A DNA stretch of 16,860 nucleotides from contig JAEOTQ010000147.1 in the NCBI GenBank assembly GCA_016839785.1, positions 1 to 16,860 on the forward strand. The letters run 5' to 3'. Of this stretch, positions 1 to 9,027 are shown in pieces. Each line of letters opens with the position of its first letter. The first letter of the stretch is position 1. The notes beneath the pieces were generated by a model that worked only from the letters and a program-made list of their open reading frames with translations, was not told where the DNA came from and made no database searches. The DNA is from Candidatus Hodarchaeota archaeon (GTDB lineage Archaea; Asgardarchaeota; Heimdallarchaeia; Hodarchaeales; Hodarchaeaceae). Made by a program: the position numbers and the translations under genes.

Positions 1-158
1 AGATTTGGTACCGTCGATGTAACAAGAGTGTTAAAATTACCAATGAAATCGTTAATTTCTCGTTGAAACTTGAGAAGCATTGGTTCTAAACGTGTTAAAA
101 GCCATTGATAATTTTTAAGGGAAAGTTCTACATTTAAAATGTGAGTAAGTTGGGACAT
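1..158 (-). CDS. Hypothetical protein, N-terminal part (runs off window start)
   Basis: Manual translation from ATG at 158: MSQLTHILNVELSLKNYQWLLTRLEPMLLKFQREINDFIGNFNTLVTSTVPN..., open to the window edge. No family motif recognised. Confidence 0.5.
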   Translation of the reverse strand, partial: MSQLTHILNVELSLKNYQWLLTRLEPMLLKFQREINDFIGNFNTLVTSTVPN

Positions 159-327
159 ATACGTTTCATTGACACGAGTAACTGAATTATTTTTATTTTT
201 ACTTCTTCTATTTCTTCTTATATTTCCAAAATTTGTAATATTGAGTACTTGAGAAAATAAATGAGCTAAAACAAGAAAATCAGATGATAAATCTTAAATT
301 CAAAAGGGAAATAGACCGAATTAACGG

Positions 328-627
328 GTGAATGCAGTGATTTCAAAAAGAATCCCAAAGCCACTGATAGATTACTACAAGTTATCGCAAAAATCACGAT
401 CAGCAAAATTAATTTTCGGATTGATAACAGGTTTAATTGTATGGCTTACAGGTATAATCCTTGCCTTTATCTTAAATCCCTTCGTTAGTGAAAATACATT
501 TGGAGAAACATTTGTCCATGATTTACCAGGTTTTAGTTTAGTATTAGGTCTGGTCCTTTTGTTAGAATTCTGGGGATTGATTCCTCACTTAGATCAGTCC
601 AAATCTTCTGGGATTACTGAAGAATAG
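328..627 (+). CDS. Small membrane protein with two hydrophobic segments
   Basis: 99-aa ORF: basic N-terminus, hydrophobic LIFGLITGLIVWLTGIILAFIL and GFSLVLGLVLLLEFWGLI; converges on the next gene. Confidence 0.7.
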   Translation: MNAVISKRIPKPLIDYYKLSQKSRSAKLIFGLITGLIVWLTGIILAFILNPFVSENTFGETFVHDLPGFSLVLGLVLLLEFWGLIPHLDQSKSSGITEE

Positions 628-672
628 TTTTAGAGAATCAATTTACATTTACTAAATACTCTTTTTCCTAAA

Positions 673-1719
673 TTATGTATTATTTGCCTCTGCATTAGAT
701 CGATCATGTTCAAGTTTGTTTATATAACTCATTAATGTTACGACAATAATTAGAACGATTGCTCCGACTAACTGTAAAAATGTAAGTCCAAATCCTAAGA
801 AATAGAAGTTTACAAAAATTGCTAACACGGGAAAAGCGAGCTCCGCAACGCCTCCTACAAATGCACGTGACCAACGTAATCCATAATAGTATAACACTAG
901 AGGAAGAATTCCACCGGTGAAGATTGTGACCAAGAAAATTGATACAAAGCCATTAAGTGGTATATTCAAATCAGCACCGAAAGTGTAAATTGTTTCAGAA
1001 AGAACGTTGAAATTTGTGGGTTTATAAGCTCCAACAACTAAGTTAACAACAATCAACACTGCAGATCCTCCTAAGTATCGGAGAGTCGTTAAATTCCAAT
1101 AATCGACTTTATCAGTTAAAACCCGACCCCAAACTGTGTTAGATCCCCAAAAGATTGCAGCAATTAATGAGAATAAAGCAGCATAAAACGCGTTTGATGA
1201 TTCCTCAGAAAGACCTTCCACAATCATAAGATAAATTCCAAAAAAAGCAACCACTAATGATAGGTAAAACCATTTAGATGGACGTTCATTTAACACGATC
1301 ATAGCGAAAAGAAGGGTAATCAGAGGTTGACTCTTTTGTAATAAAATGGCAATAGTAGGATTCCCGTAACTAAATGCCAACATAAAGAAGTAGAGTCCAA
1401 GTCCTGACCCGAGAGAGACAAAGAAGAAGGAAAGCCAGTCCTTTCTATCAAAGGACGCAACTTGCTTCCTTAAAAGAGTATGGGTTTTACGCGAAAACAA
1501 AATCAAAAGGACTAGGAATGTACCAATGAGATGCTCTATTAGAACAATAAAAATTGACCTAGAGGGAACAATTGCTGGATTAGGAGGAAATAGCTCATAA
1601 TTTTTCAGCACGAGGGGATAACGAATTGGTGCGTCAAATGCACGTAGACCGTTTGCAGCTGCTACGATAGCAGGTCCTATAATGACTTCTTTCTGTTCCT
1701 GAGGATCCATAAAAATCAC
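673..1719 (-). CDS. DMT/EamA-family transporter
   Basis: About 10 hydrophobic segments in two EamA-like halves; motifs AILLQKSQPLITLLFAMIVLNER, ALFSLIAAIFWGSNTVWGR, LYYYGL, AELAFPV. True start may be ATG at 1710. Confidence 0.92.
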   Translation of the reverse strand: MIFMDPQEQKEVIIGPAIVAAANGLRAFDAPIRYPLVLKNYELFPPNPAIVPSRSIFIVLIEHLIGTFLVLLILFSRKTHTLLRKQVASFDRKDWLSFFFVSLGSGLGLYFFMLAFSYGNPTIAILLQKSQPLITLLFAMIVLNERPSKWFYLSLVVAFFGIYLMIVEGLSEESSNAFYAALFSLIAAIFWGSNTVWGRVLTDKVDYWNLTTLRYLGGSAVLIVVNLVVGAYKPTNFNVLSETIYTFGADLNIPLNGFVSIFLVTIFTGGILPLVLYYYGLRWSRAFVGGVAELAFPVLAIFVNFYFLGFGLTFLQLVGAIVLIIVVTLMSYINKLEHDRSNAEANNT

Positions 1720-1874
1720 ATCTAGTTGATTATTTGAAGAAAATTAAAATAATGATGCTTTTACGAAACCAGAGATGCTCTACTTAAATATTTCTCACCT
1801 ACTCAATCATGAGTATTCAGGTAGAAAAAAAATGACTTCTCAGGAGAGGGAAAATTTTCCCTTCACTAATGGAT

Positions 1875-3965
1875 TCAGGCATTTTTTGGCTCATTCAGCA
1901 AATATAAATTAATTTCTGTTCCTGTTTTTAAAGGAACTGAACAAGTTAGATCTCGGCAAATAAATGTTGTTGCTTCGTCAAATGGATCTTTCGATGATGA
2001 TTTGATTCGGTCACGAACCATTGGTAAGTCCTTTAACTCTTCGAGCGTATCCTTGGTGACTCTTAAGAAGATTGAGGTGGGTAGATAATTGCGATTATAG
2101 TAGTCTAATATTTTGTCATCAACACTTAGCTCCTTTCCTTCAAAGTAAATACACTCAATTGGTTTGTGTGACCAAAGATTGAGAGCTAGTAATGCTTCTC
2201 CATTAAAGGTTTCATATTCCTCAAACCATCCAAGAAGAAACGAGACTAGTTTATCTGCTTGTTTAAGAAAATTAAGAGTACCAGTATAATGGTAAAATTT
2301 AAGCAAATTTTCCAAAGCTACAGAGTTTGAATTAGGAATAGAGAAAGTTATAACAGGTTTTTCTCTGATAATAGTATCCTCTACCCAAGAACCTGTAAAA
2401 TAATACCCAGAACTTTTTTCATCCCAAAAATGATCATTTAAAATTTGTTGAAGTTGTAATGCCTTCTCTAAATACTTTCTTTTACCAGTTAAACCAAAAA
2501 TTTCCAGAATCGCTTGAATGATCAAGACATAATCCTCTGAAAAACCCCACCCACGAGGTTCTTCACGATAGGTCCGTCGTAAACGCCCTGTTTTCGGATC
2601 CTGAAGCATGGAAAGTAAAGATTCCACGGATTTTTCTGCGATTTCTAAATACTCTACTTCATTTAATATGAATGAAGCACGAGCAAATGCGAAAATAGTG
2701 ATTGCATTCCAAGAGAGAATAACATTGTCATTAAGAAATGGTTTTTCTCGTTTTTCTCGATGTAAGTACAATTTTTGTTTAAGATGAGCAATTTTTTCCC
2801 ATGTAATCTCCCCTTGAGTGAGTGCACGTTGTAAATCATCTGTTTCATGAAGTATTGAAAACCCTTTTTCGAAATTTCCCTCGGAAGTAACTCCAAAACA
2901 TCGATTGAAGATCAAGCCATCTTTTTCTCCCAAAATATCAAGAATTTCCTTTTCTTTCCAAGCAAAAAATGCACCTTCTCTTCCTTCCGAATCAGCATCT
3001 TGTGAAGAATAAAATAGTCCGTCAGAAGAGTGCATTTCTCGTGTTAAATATGTGATTATTTCCTTAGCAATTTCTGCATAGGCGGTATTCTTCGTTGCTT
3101 GAAAAGCTTCTAAAAATAGTTGTAGCAGTTGTGCATTATCGTACAGCATTTTTTCAAAATGGGGGATTAACCACTTTCGATCTGTTGAGTACCTATGAAA
3201 TCCAAACCCTAACTGATCATATATTCCCCCACCTGCTAGATGATTCAACGTTGTGATAACCATATTCAGATATGTTTGATTGTTAGTACGTTTACTTTCC
3301 GCCAATAACAATCGTAAATCACTTACATTTGGAAATTTAGGTTGAAATCCAAACCCTCCGAACACTGAATCATAGGTTTCGCTTAATCGACCAAACATGA
3401 TATTATTAACTTCAATTATCTTGTCTGTCTCACCAGCTATTAACTCAATGTTGTACGATTCTTTTAAAAATTGTAAAGTATTCTTAGTTAATGTCTCAAT
3501 CCGCTCAGGGTCTTTTTCGTATTCTTTTACTATATAATTCAGAACCTGTTTAAATCCAGGTAACCCATATGAAGACTCTTTTGGAAAATATGTTCCCCCT
3601 GCAAATACCTGTCCTTTGGGAGTGGTAAAAGCGGTAAGAGGCCATCCTCCTCTACCTCCTGATAAGCGCGCAACAGCCATCTGAAACGTGTTATCCAGAT
3701 CTGGACGCTCCTCACGATCAATTTTGATGCAAATAAAGAGCTTGTTCATTAACTCAGCTGTTTCAGGATCTTCAAAAGACTCATGTTGCATTACGTGACA
3801 CCAATGACATGCAGCGTAACCAATCGAGATTAATATCGGTTTATTTGCTTCTTTAGCCTTTTTTAAACCTTTTTCCCATGGGTACCATTCTACAGGATTG
3901 TAAGCATGCTGGAGAAGGTAAGGACTTGTTTCATTAATTAGATGATTGGGATTTTGACCTTTCAC
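1875..3965 (-). CDS. yyaL: YyaL/SSP411 (SPATA20)-family protein: DUF255 thioredoxin-like domain plus six-hairpin glycosidase-like barrel
   Basis: Signatures [91 protein letters not shown]. Confidence 0.95.
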   Translation of the reverse strand: MKGQNPNHLINETSPYLLQHAYNPVEWYPWEKGLKKAKEANKPILISIGYAACHWCHVMQHESFEDPETAELMNKLFICIKIDREERPDLDNTFQMAVARLSGGRGGWPLTAFTTPKGQVFAGGTYFPKESSYGLPGFKQVLNYIVKEYEKDPERIETLTKNTLQFLKESYNIELIAGETDKIIEVNNIMFGRLSETYDSVFGGFGFQPKFPNVSDLRLLLAESKRTNNQTYLNMVITTLNHLAGGGIYDQLGFGFHRYSTDRKWLIPHFEKMLYDNAQLLQLFLEAFQATKNTAYAEIAKEIITYLTREMHSSDGLFYSSQDADSEGREGAFFAWKEKEILDILGEKDGLIFNRCFGVTSEGNFEKGFSILHETDDLQRALTQGEITWEKIAHLKQKLYLHREKREKPFLNDNVILSWNAITIFAFARASFILNEVEYLEIAEKSVESLLSMLQDPKTGRLRRTYREEPRGWGFSEDYVLIIQAILEIFGLTGKRKYLEKALQLQQILNDHFWDEKSSGYYFTGSWVEDTIIREKPVITFSIPNSNSVALENLLKFYHYTGTLNFLKQADKLVSFLLGWFEEYETFNGEALLALNLWSHKPIECIYFEGKELSVDDKILDYYNRNYLPTSIFLRVTKDTLEELKDLPMVRDRIKSSSKDPFDEATTFICRDLTCSVPLKTGTEINLYLLNEPKNA

Positions 3966-4140
3966 AAGAATTTCCGATCCTCTAATGCAATGTATGTATA
4001 AAGGAGTTAAAGATAAACGATACGCTTTCGTAAGTTTTTGATTTTATGATCATAGTTATTTTATAATTGCCTTAAATGAAGAAAATATAAAGGTAGAAGT
4101 CAGGTGACATCTTCAATAAACTTAGTATGAGGAGTATATT

Positions 4141-4902
4141 ATGTCTGAAGAACCGATCGAAGTTGTGGCAATTGGGGCACATCCAGATGACGTAGAGTTA
4201 GGAGTTGGAGGAACTCTAGCGAAATTAGCGCGTAATGGGATTAGAACTGGGATTATTGATCTAACTACTGCGGAACCTACTCCTTTAAATGAAAAATATC
4301 GAAGTCCAGATGATTATGATGAGGATTATGCAGATGTACGACTATCTGAAGCACAAAAATCTGCAAAAATTCTTGGAGTAGAGCGAATCACTCTTAATTT
4401 ACCAAATCGCCGTTTATTCGACACATTCGAAGCAAGGTGCGCGTTAGCGACCATTTTTCGCGAATGGCGTCCAAAAGTCGTCATTGCTATGTATGGTAAG
4501 ACAATATTAGCGTCTCCGGATCATAGTCAAGCTCAACAAATCGTAGAAGCTGCCACATTTTATAGTCGACTAACCAAATGGGAAAAATACTTCAATCATT
4601 TACCTGTTCATAGAATTAAATCACTTCTATATTTTCCAGTTCGATTCATTGATCTACACCCGGAGAATTACACCTCTTTCTTTGTAGATATCTCTGATAC
4701 AATTGATATTAAAGAAGAAGCCATTTTGGTCTATAAATCCCAAGGTTTTGAACCCAAAGCCACTCAGGGTTTGAGGCATTTTCCGAGTGTCATTATGGAA
4801 TGGAATCGCAATCTGGGTTCACGAATAGGTGTTGAATATGCAGAACATTTAGTTTCACCTAAACCTTTACGATTAGATGATTTTGGGTATTTCATGAAGT
4901 AG
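4141..4902 (+). CDS. PIG-L/LmbE-family metal-dependent deacetylase (BshB1-like)
   Basis: [15 protein letters not shown] metal-binding motif, RxxEA, SPDH, VDISDT, YKSQ, GVEYAE; GAGGAG RBS before ATG. Confidence 0.92.
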   Translation: MSEEPIEVVAIGAHPDDVELGVGGTLAKLARNGIRTGIIDLTTAEPTPLNEKYRSPDDYDEDYADVRLSEAQKSAKILGVERITLNLPNRRLFDTFEARCALATIFREWRPKVVIAMYGKTILASPDHSQAQQIVEAATFYSRLTKWEKYFNHLPVHRIKSLLYFPVRFIDLHPENYTSFFVDISDTIDIKEEAILVYKSQGFEPKATQGLRHFPSVIMEWNRNLGSRIGVEYAEHLVSPKPLRLDDFGYFMK

Positions 4903-4916
4903 ATATTATACAGAAA

Positions 4917-5864
4917 TTATTCTGGATGTTCTTCGTCTGAGGGGAGAAAATTATCTAAGGGCTTACGTCTTTGTTCATTTTTGAAATCGAGAATTCGTCT
5001 ATTCGCCAAGTCTACATAATCTTGACTAATATCATAACCCACAAAGCGACGTGATGCTTTTAAAGCTGCAATCGCTGTTTGACCGCTTCCCATAAAGGGA
5101 TCTAATACCATATCTCCTTGAAAGGAATATAAGTGAATCAATCTGAGAGGTAATTCGAGAGGAAATGGGGCTGGATGACCGATTCTCTTGGCTGATTCAG
5201 TGGGGAATGTCCACACACTTTTCGTGTTAGTAAGAAATTCGTCACGAGAGATTGTATCAGAACTTGTATCAACTTTATTCCGTTTATACTTATCTTTAGA
5301 AAATATAAGGATATACTCGTGAACATCTCTAAGTGTAGGATTGCTAGCAGACTTCCAGCTCCCCCACGCGGTCGAGGTGCCTGCACTAGCTGATTTATCC
5401 CAAATGATTTCTCCACGCATTAAAAATCCAAGTTGGATCATGCTTTCGATGATGTAGGAATGAAGAGGAATGTATGGTTTTCTTCCAAGATTCGCAATAT
5501 TAATACAGACCCGCCCTCCTGGAACAAGTACTCGTTTTACTTCAGTCCATACGCGATTCAAGAACTCTAGATACTCTGTTATACTGAAATCTTTGTCGTA
5601 GTCCTTTCCTACATTATAGGGAGGAGAAGAAACAACCAAATGAACACTATTATCAGGAAGTTCTTTCATTTTTTCCGATGATTTAGAAAAAATGTAGTTT
5701 TCATGTTTAGATGGAAAAGGCTTTGTTTTCTCCAACGACGAAGATTCTATCTGCTGATCTTGATATAATTTCCCCTGATAAAATGAGGATGCATCGTGAT
5801 TTTCTCTTGCTGATGAACCAAATGAACTTGTTCGAGTTTTTTTTCGTCTTTTTTGGTTTACCAT
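4917..5864 (-). CDS. Site-specific DNA methyltransferase, N4/N6 family, beta-class motif order (probably m4C)
   Basis: Catalytic SPPY precedes SAM-binding VLDPFMGSGQT; also RVLVPGG, HEYILIF, HPAPFP. Confidence 0.93.
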   Translation of the reverse strand: MVNQKRRKKTRTSSFGSSARENHDASSFYQGKLYQDQQIESSSLEKTKPFPSKHENYIFSKSSEKMKELPDNSVHLVVSSPPYNVGKDYDKDFSITEYLEFLNRVWTEVKRVLVPGGRVCINIANLGRKPYIPLHSYIIESMIQLGFLMRGEIIWDKSASAGTSTAWGSWKSASNPTLRDVHEYILIFSKDKYKRNKVDTSSDTISRDEFLTNTKSVWTFPTESAKRIGHPAPFPLELPLRLIHLYSFQGDMVLDPFMGSGQTAIAALKASRRFVGYDISQDYVDLANRRILDFKNEQRRKPLDNFLPSDEEHPE

Positions 5865-5933
5865 CTAGAGATCTTCCCGATTACAATTATCTTACCTTTC
5901 TGGGATAAACGCTACAAATAAAGATTCTGCCTT

Positions 5934-5949
5934 GAGAAACCTTTAAATT
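5934..5949 (+). promoter_or_regulatory. Putative BRE + TATA box for 6015..6278
   Basis: GAGAAACC-TTTAAATT about 65 bp before the start codon; GAGGT RBS at 6003-6007. Confidence 0.55.
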
Positions 5950-6014
5950 CTCTGATCCATTAAATAATGGAATAGGCACTGGTGTGCCGTTAAATAGAAA
6001 ATGAGGTAAAAAAA

Positions 6015-6278
6015 TTGGGATATAAATCACTTTCATTAGTACAGGTAGTTTTCATTGCTCTTTGTGCATTTTCCGTTCTTGATTATGGAGTGCAAATAAC
6101 TAATCCAGTAGATTTTGCTGATGGTCTAATTTTTAATCAATTTATGTTTACTACAGAAGGCATCGTTGGAGATTTATTAATAGACATTGATTTCTGGGGA
6201 ATGCTGCAATTTTGGGCATATTGTTTCTTCGCAGTGGCCATCTGTCAATTATTTAAAGCATTGGGCTCTGATAACTAA
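6015..6278 (+). CDS. Small hydrophobic protein of unknown function
   Basis: 87-aa ORF with TTG start, RBS, upstream TATA and downstream T10 tract; hydrophobic N- and C-terminal segments around an acidic middle. Confidence 0.8.
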   Translation: MGYKSLSLVQVVFIALCAFSVLDYGVQITNPVDFADGLIFNQFMFTTEGIVGDLLIDIDFWGMLQFWAYCFFAVAICQLFKALGSDN

Positions 6279-6283
6279 CTCCA

Positions 6284-6301
6284 CCCTCTTCTTTTTTTTT
6301 T
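6284..6301 (+). terminator. Oligo-T terminator
   Basis: Pyrimidine tract ending in T10 (6292-6301) just after the stop at 6278. Confidence 0.65.
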
Positions 6302-6313
6302 GAGGGGTTGCTT

Positions 6314-6724
6314 ATGAAGTCTAGTTGTCATTCTGAAGTGAGTGAGCTCCATATCTTCTTCCAAAAGTGGTTTAATGCAGAACTTCACAAATCTAACTTA
6401 GTTTTTCAACGATTTACCACCGTCCTTCATCCAAAGTTTGTTTTGATCTCTCCAGATGGGAGGAAAAGAACGAAGAATGAGATCATACAAGAGATATGGG
6501 ATGCTTATGGTTCACGAGATCCTCAAAAGAATCCAATGAAATTATGGATAGAGAATTATGTGTACCAAGGAGAGTTTAACACGATTCACATCATAACTTA
6601 TGAAGAGTGGCAAATTAATAACTCAATTAAGAAAGGACGATTGAGTACCGCGATTTTTGAAAAAACATCCAACATCTATAATAATATCTGCTGGCTTCAC
6701 GTCCATGAGACATGGTTGGAGTAA
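6314..6724 (+). CDS. NTF2-like/DUF4440-type protein
   Basis: EVSELHIFFQKWFN, FVLISPDG, TYEEWQ, RLSTAIF, WLHVHETW pattern. ATG at 6314 preferred over TTG 6308 because GAGGGG lies at 6302-6307. Confidence 0.8.
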   Translation: MKSSCHSEVSELHIFFQKWFNAELHKSNLVFQRFTTVLHPKFVLISPDGRKRTKNEIIQEIWDAYGSRDPQKNPMKLWIENYVYQGEFNTIHIITYEEWQINNSIKKGRLSTAIFEKTSNIYNNICWLHVHETWLE

Positions 6725-6732
6725 ATTAATTA

Positions 6733-7035
6733 CTATTTAGTAACCGCAGAGACTTTATCTTCCATCTTTCTACCTTTATCCTGTCGATCATCTATTTTTA
6801 ATTGGGTTATGACGCGTTTAGCTCCTGTAGACAAAATGGCTTCATGAGCTAAGCGAGTTACCTCAAAAATTTGATCAAGAGTATCAGCTTCAATCACAGT
6901 ACCCATAGGATGATGAACTACACGAATTTCCGGGAATTCGTCAATTATGTTCACTGCTTTTTTCACAAATTGGCTTAAACTAGTTCCTTCCCCCACTGGA
7001 TAAGTAGAAAGTTCAGCAATTATTTTTTTCTTCAT
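6733..7035 (-). CDS. MTH1187/YkoF-superfamily thiamine-binding protein (DUF77)
   Basis: IAELSTYPVGEGTSLSQFV, PMGTVIE, AHEA, RVITQLKIDDRQDK...MEDKV; AGGTGA RBS. Confidence 0.92.
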   Translation of the reverse strand: MKKKIIAELSTYPVGEGTSLSQFVKKAVNIIDEFPEIRVVHHPMGTVIEADTLDQIFEVTRLAHEAILSTGAKRVITQLKIDDRQDKGRKMEDKVSAVTK

Positions 7036-7068
7036 TAGAAGTCACCTGTCAAATGATTGTAATATTAC

Positions 7069-7758
7069 TTATTCTTTGCTATCTTCTGATCCTGTTTCTA
7101 TGGTAAAACTTGGAGAGGGTGCTCCAATTTCCATAATCGGTTTTTCTTGGGTTTTATCTCGGGGATCTGTATGTAATTTCAGCTTACTTTTTGTGGTGAC
7201 TTTGTAAGTTACCCCAGTTACCTTTAGAACAGGTTCGATATGTTCAAGGAGGCTAATTATATCGTTTACGGTGGGAATTCGGAGCCATTCGATTACAAAA
7301 TCGTATTTTCCCAGTAAAATACCTTTAGAGGGTTGAATGCCAGGAATTTTGTCTGTTACCTCTTTCTTCAAAATATTGAATGCTTGGGATAAACTTGGAC
7401 CATAAATTCGAAAGAAAGTATATGCTGCTCCAGTGATCTTTGGTGAATTAAAATCGTAAATTAATATGTCTTCTTCTGGAACTTTCGTGGTTATGGTAAA
7501 TTTTGCCTCAGTTTGAAGTAATTTTGCATCTAATTCTTCTATTAGTAATAAGATATCCTGAGTATTTGGGGTATTCTTCCATATGAATTCATAATCTGCT
7601 TCCTCCCCGATATAAGGATGAGCTTGAGCAATTTTCGAAACAAGATCTGGACTTTTCCCCGTACCAAGTTCAGTTTTGATTCTCCTTAAGATTCTTAATG
7701 CGACGGGGATTCCGGGACCATACAATTTTATCAAGGATTTAGAGTTATACATAGGCAA
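7069..7758 (-). CDS. Hypothetical protein with two tandem homologous alpha/beta domains
   Basis: 229-aa ORF; internal repeat aa ~6-92 and ~112-190 (YGP...D-x4-W-x3-P-x3-DI...TTK); GGAG RBS upstream. Confidence 0.85.
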   Translation of the reverse strand: MPMYNSKSLIKLYGPGIPVALRILRRIKTELGTGKSPDLVSKIAQAHPYIGEEADYEFIWKNTPNTQDILLLIEELDAKLLQTEAKFTITTKVPEEDILIYDFNSPKITGAAYTFFRIYGPSLSQAFNILKKEVTDKIPGIQPSKGILLGKYDFVIEWLRIPTVNDIISLLEHIEPVLKVTGVTYKVTTKSKLKLHTDPRDKTQEKPIMEIGAPSPSFTIETGSEDSKE

Positions 7759-7822
7759 TTATCTCCACTCTAATCATAGATTATAATTAGAGCTCCAAGT
7801 CTGAGTGCTCAATGATCGATGT

Positions 7823-7840
7823 CTTTTATAGATTTTTTAC
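7823..7840 (-). promoter_or_regulatory. Putative BRE + TATA for the 7758/7035 gene pair
   Basis: Minus strand reads GTAAAAAAT-CTATAAAAG about 65 bp upstream of the start. Confidence 0.4.
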
Positions 7841-7849
7841 ATGATTTTT

Positions 7850-7868
7850 GAAAAAAAAAGGAAGAAGA
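7850..7868 (-). terminator. Oligo-T terminator after BMP gene
   Basis: Minus strand pyrimidine tract with T9 (7851-7859) about 55 bp after the stop at 7918. Confidence 0.55.
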
Positions 7869-7917
7869 GTTCCAGATTACCTTTTTAGCTAATTCATTAC
7901 TCAAGCATAGTTATGGT

Positions 7918-9027
7918 TCACTTACCTCTTCGTTTCCGCATGAGAATTAATGAAAGAAGTAGTAAGATGGGCATTAATCCAGGCCAACTAGTAATTTCTG
8001 TAGGAATGGTTGTGGTTACTTCCTCTGTTGTCGTTTTGGAAGTACTCGTTGTAGTTATCGTCAAAGTCGTCTTAGTATCATCTGAAGTTACTGTTGTTGT
8101 CGTACTCGCAGTAGGTTCATAAAATGTGAGTGATGACCAATTTGGAGTATCAATAACTAGTAATGTCCCAGAACTTATCATCTGTTTGATATCTTGAATG
8201 AACTCCCAACGAGTTTGGGTGACTGAATCCTTGGTGTATAAACCATCTCGAATGTCAGTATTATATATCATAGGGCTAATATCAACTCCATCTTCAACTA
8301 TTCCTAGCTCACTAAGACCTGCTGACCATGAACCGTGAAAAAGATCTTCAATGGTCTTGTAAACTGCAGTCCCAGTCTTTTTAATCATCGAACATAAAAT
8401 CTTACCTGGGAAATAGCCATCCCAATCACTATCAACACCGATACCAAAAACTCCAGACCTTTCAGAGGCTGCTTCCATTACGCCCATACCTGTCATTCCA
8501 GCTGCAGTATATATTACATCATGATCCTGATCAAAGAGATCATTGCCGATTATTTTGCCACCAGATATATCTCCCCATACATTAGCAGGATCGGGGCTAT
8601 AAGCTACAGTAGTTTGAATATCTTCATCAAAATAATTAACCCCTTGCTGATATCCTGCAAGAAACTTATTGATAAGAAAAATATCCATTCCACCAAGGAA
8701 TCCTACCTTGTTTGTTTGTGTAGTCATTGCAGCCATTGCTCCCACCAAAAATGAGCCCTCATGTTCCTTAAAAATAATTGAAGCCACATTTGGTCGATCT
8801 AAAACATCATCAATCAAACTGAATTGTTGAGAGGGATAAGAACCTGCTGTATAATCCAAAGGTGAGGTATGGAAAAAACCTATGCAGATAATTAAATCAT
8901 GCTCTTCAGCAGCCAGAGCCAATTGATGTGATTGGATATCAACAGGATCAGCAGGTTCCACATATTTGTAAAGAAAAGAACCAATATTATCATTGAAAAC
9001 TTCTTTTAATGACTCAAAGCCCTCCAT
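7918..9027 (-). CDS. BMP/PnrA-family solute-binding protein with Thr-rich stalk and C-terminal membrane anchor; N-terminus apparently missing (possible pseudogene)
   Basis: DLIICIGF, NVASIIFKEHEGSFLVGAMAA, KVGFLGGM, DVIYTAAGMTGMGVMEAA, IGVDSD, SMIKK; tail TTTTVTS...WPGLMPILLLLSLILMRKRRGK. Confidence 0.88.
   Translation of the reverse strand: MEGFESLKEVFNDNIGSFLYKYVEPADPVDIQSHQLALAAEEHDLIICIGFFHTSPLDYTAGSYPSQQFSLIDDVLDRPNVASIIFKEHEGSFLVGAMAAMTTQTNKVGFLGGMDIFLINKFLAGYQQGVNYFDEDIQTTVAYSPDPANVWGDISGGKIIGNDLFDQDHDVIYTAAGMTGMGVMEAASERSGVFGIGVDSDWDGYFPGKILCSMIKKTGTAVYKTIEDLFHGSWSAGLSELGIVEDGVDISPMIYNTDIRDGLYTKDSVTQTRWEFIQDIKQMISSGTLLVIDTPNWSSLTFYEPTASTTTTVTSDDTKTTLTITTTSTSKTTTEEVTTTIPTEITSWPGLMPILLLLSLILMRKRRGK

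Noticed and set aside
2663-3721. ORFs 2663..2896 and 3539..3721
   Set aside because: Alternative-frame ORFs nested within the well-supported yyaL gene, with no motifs.
5138-5908. ORFs 5138..5416 and 5711..5908
   Set aside because: Shadow ORFs overlapping the DNA methyltransferase.
7759-7917. TPP riboswitch upstream of the thiamine-binding gene pair
   Set aside because: Conserved TPP aptamer elements are not present on the coding strand.
7913-8754. Val-rich ORF 7913..8122 and ORF 8521..8754 (has CxCxxCxxC)
   Set aside because: Antisense to the BMP gene; the Val and Cys patterns arise from complementing its Thr and Ala/Met codons.
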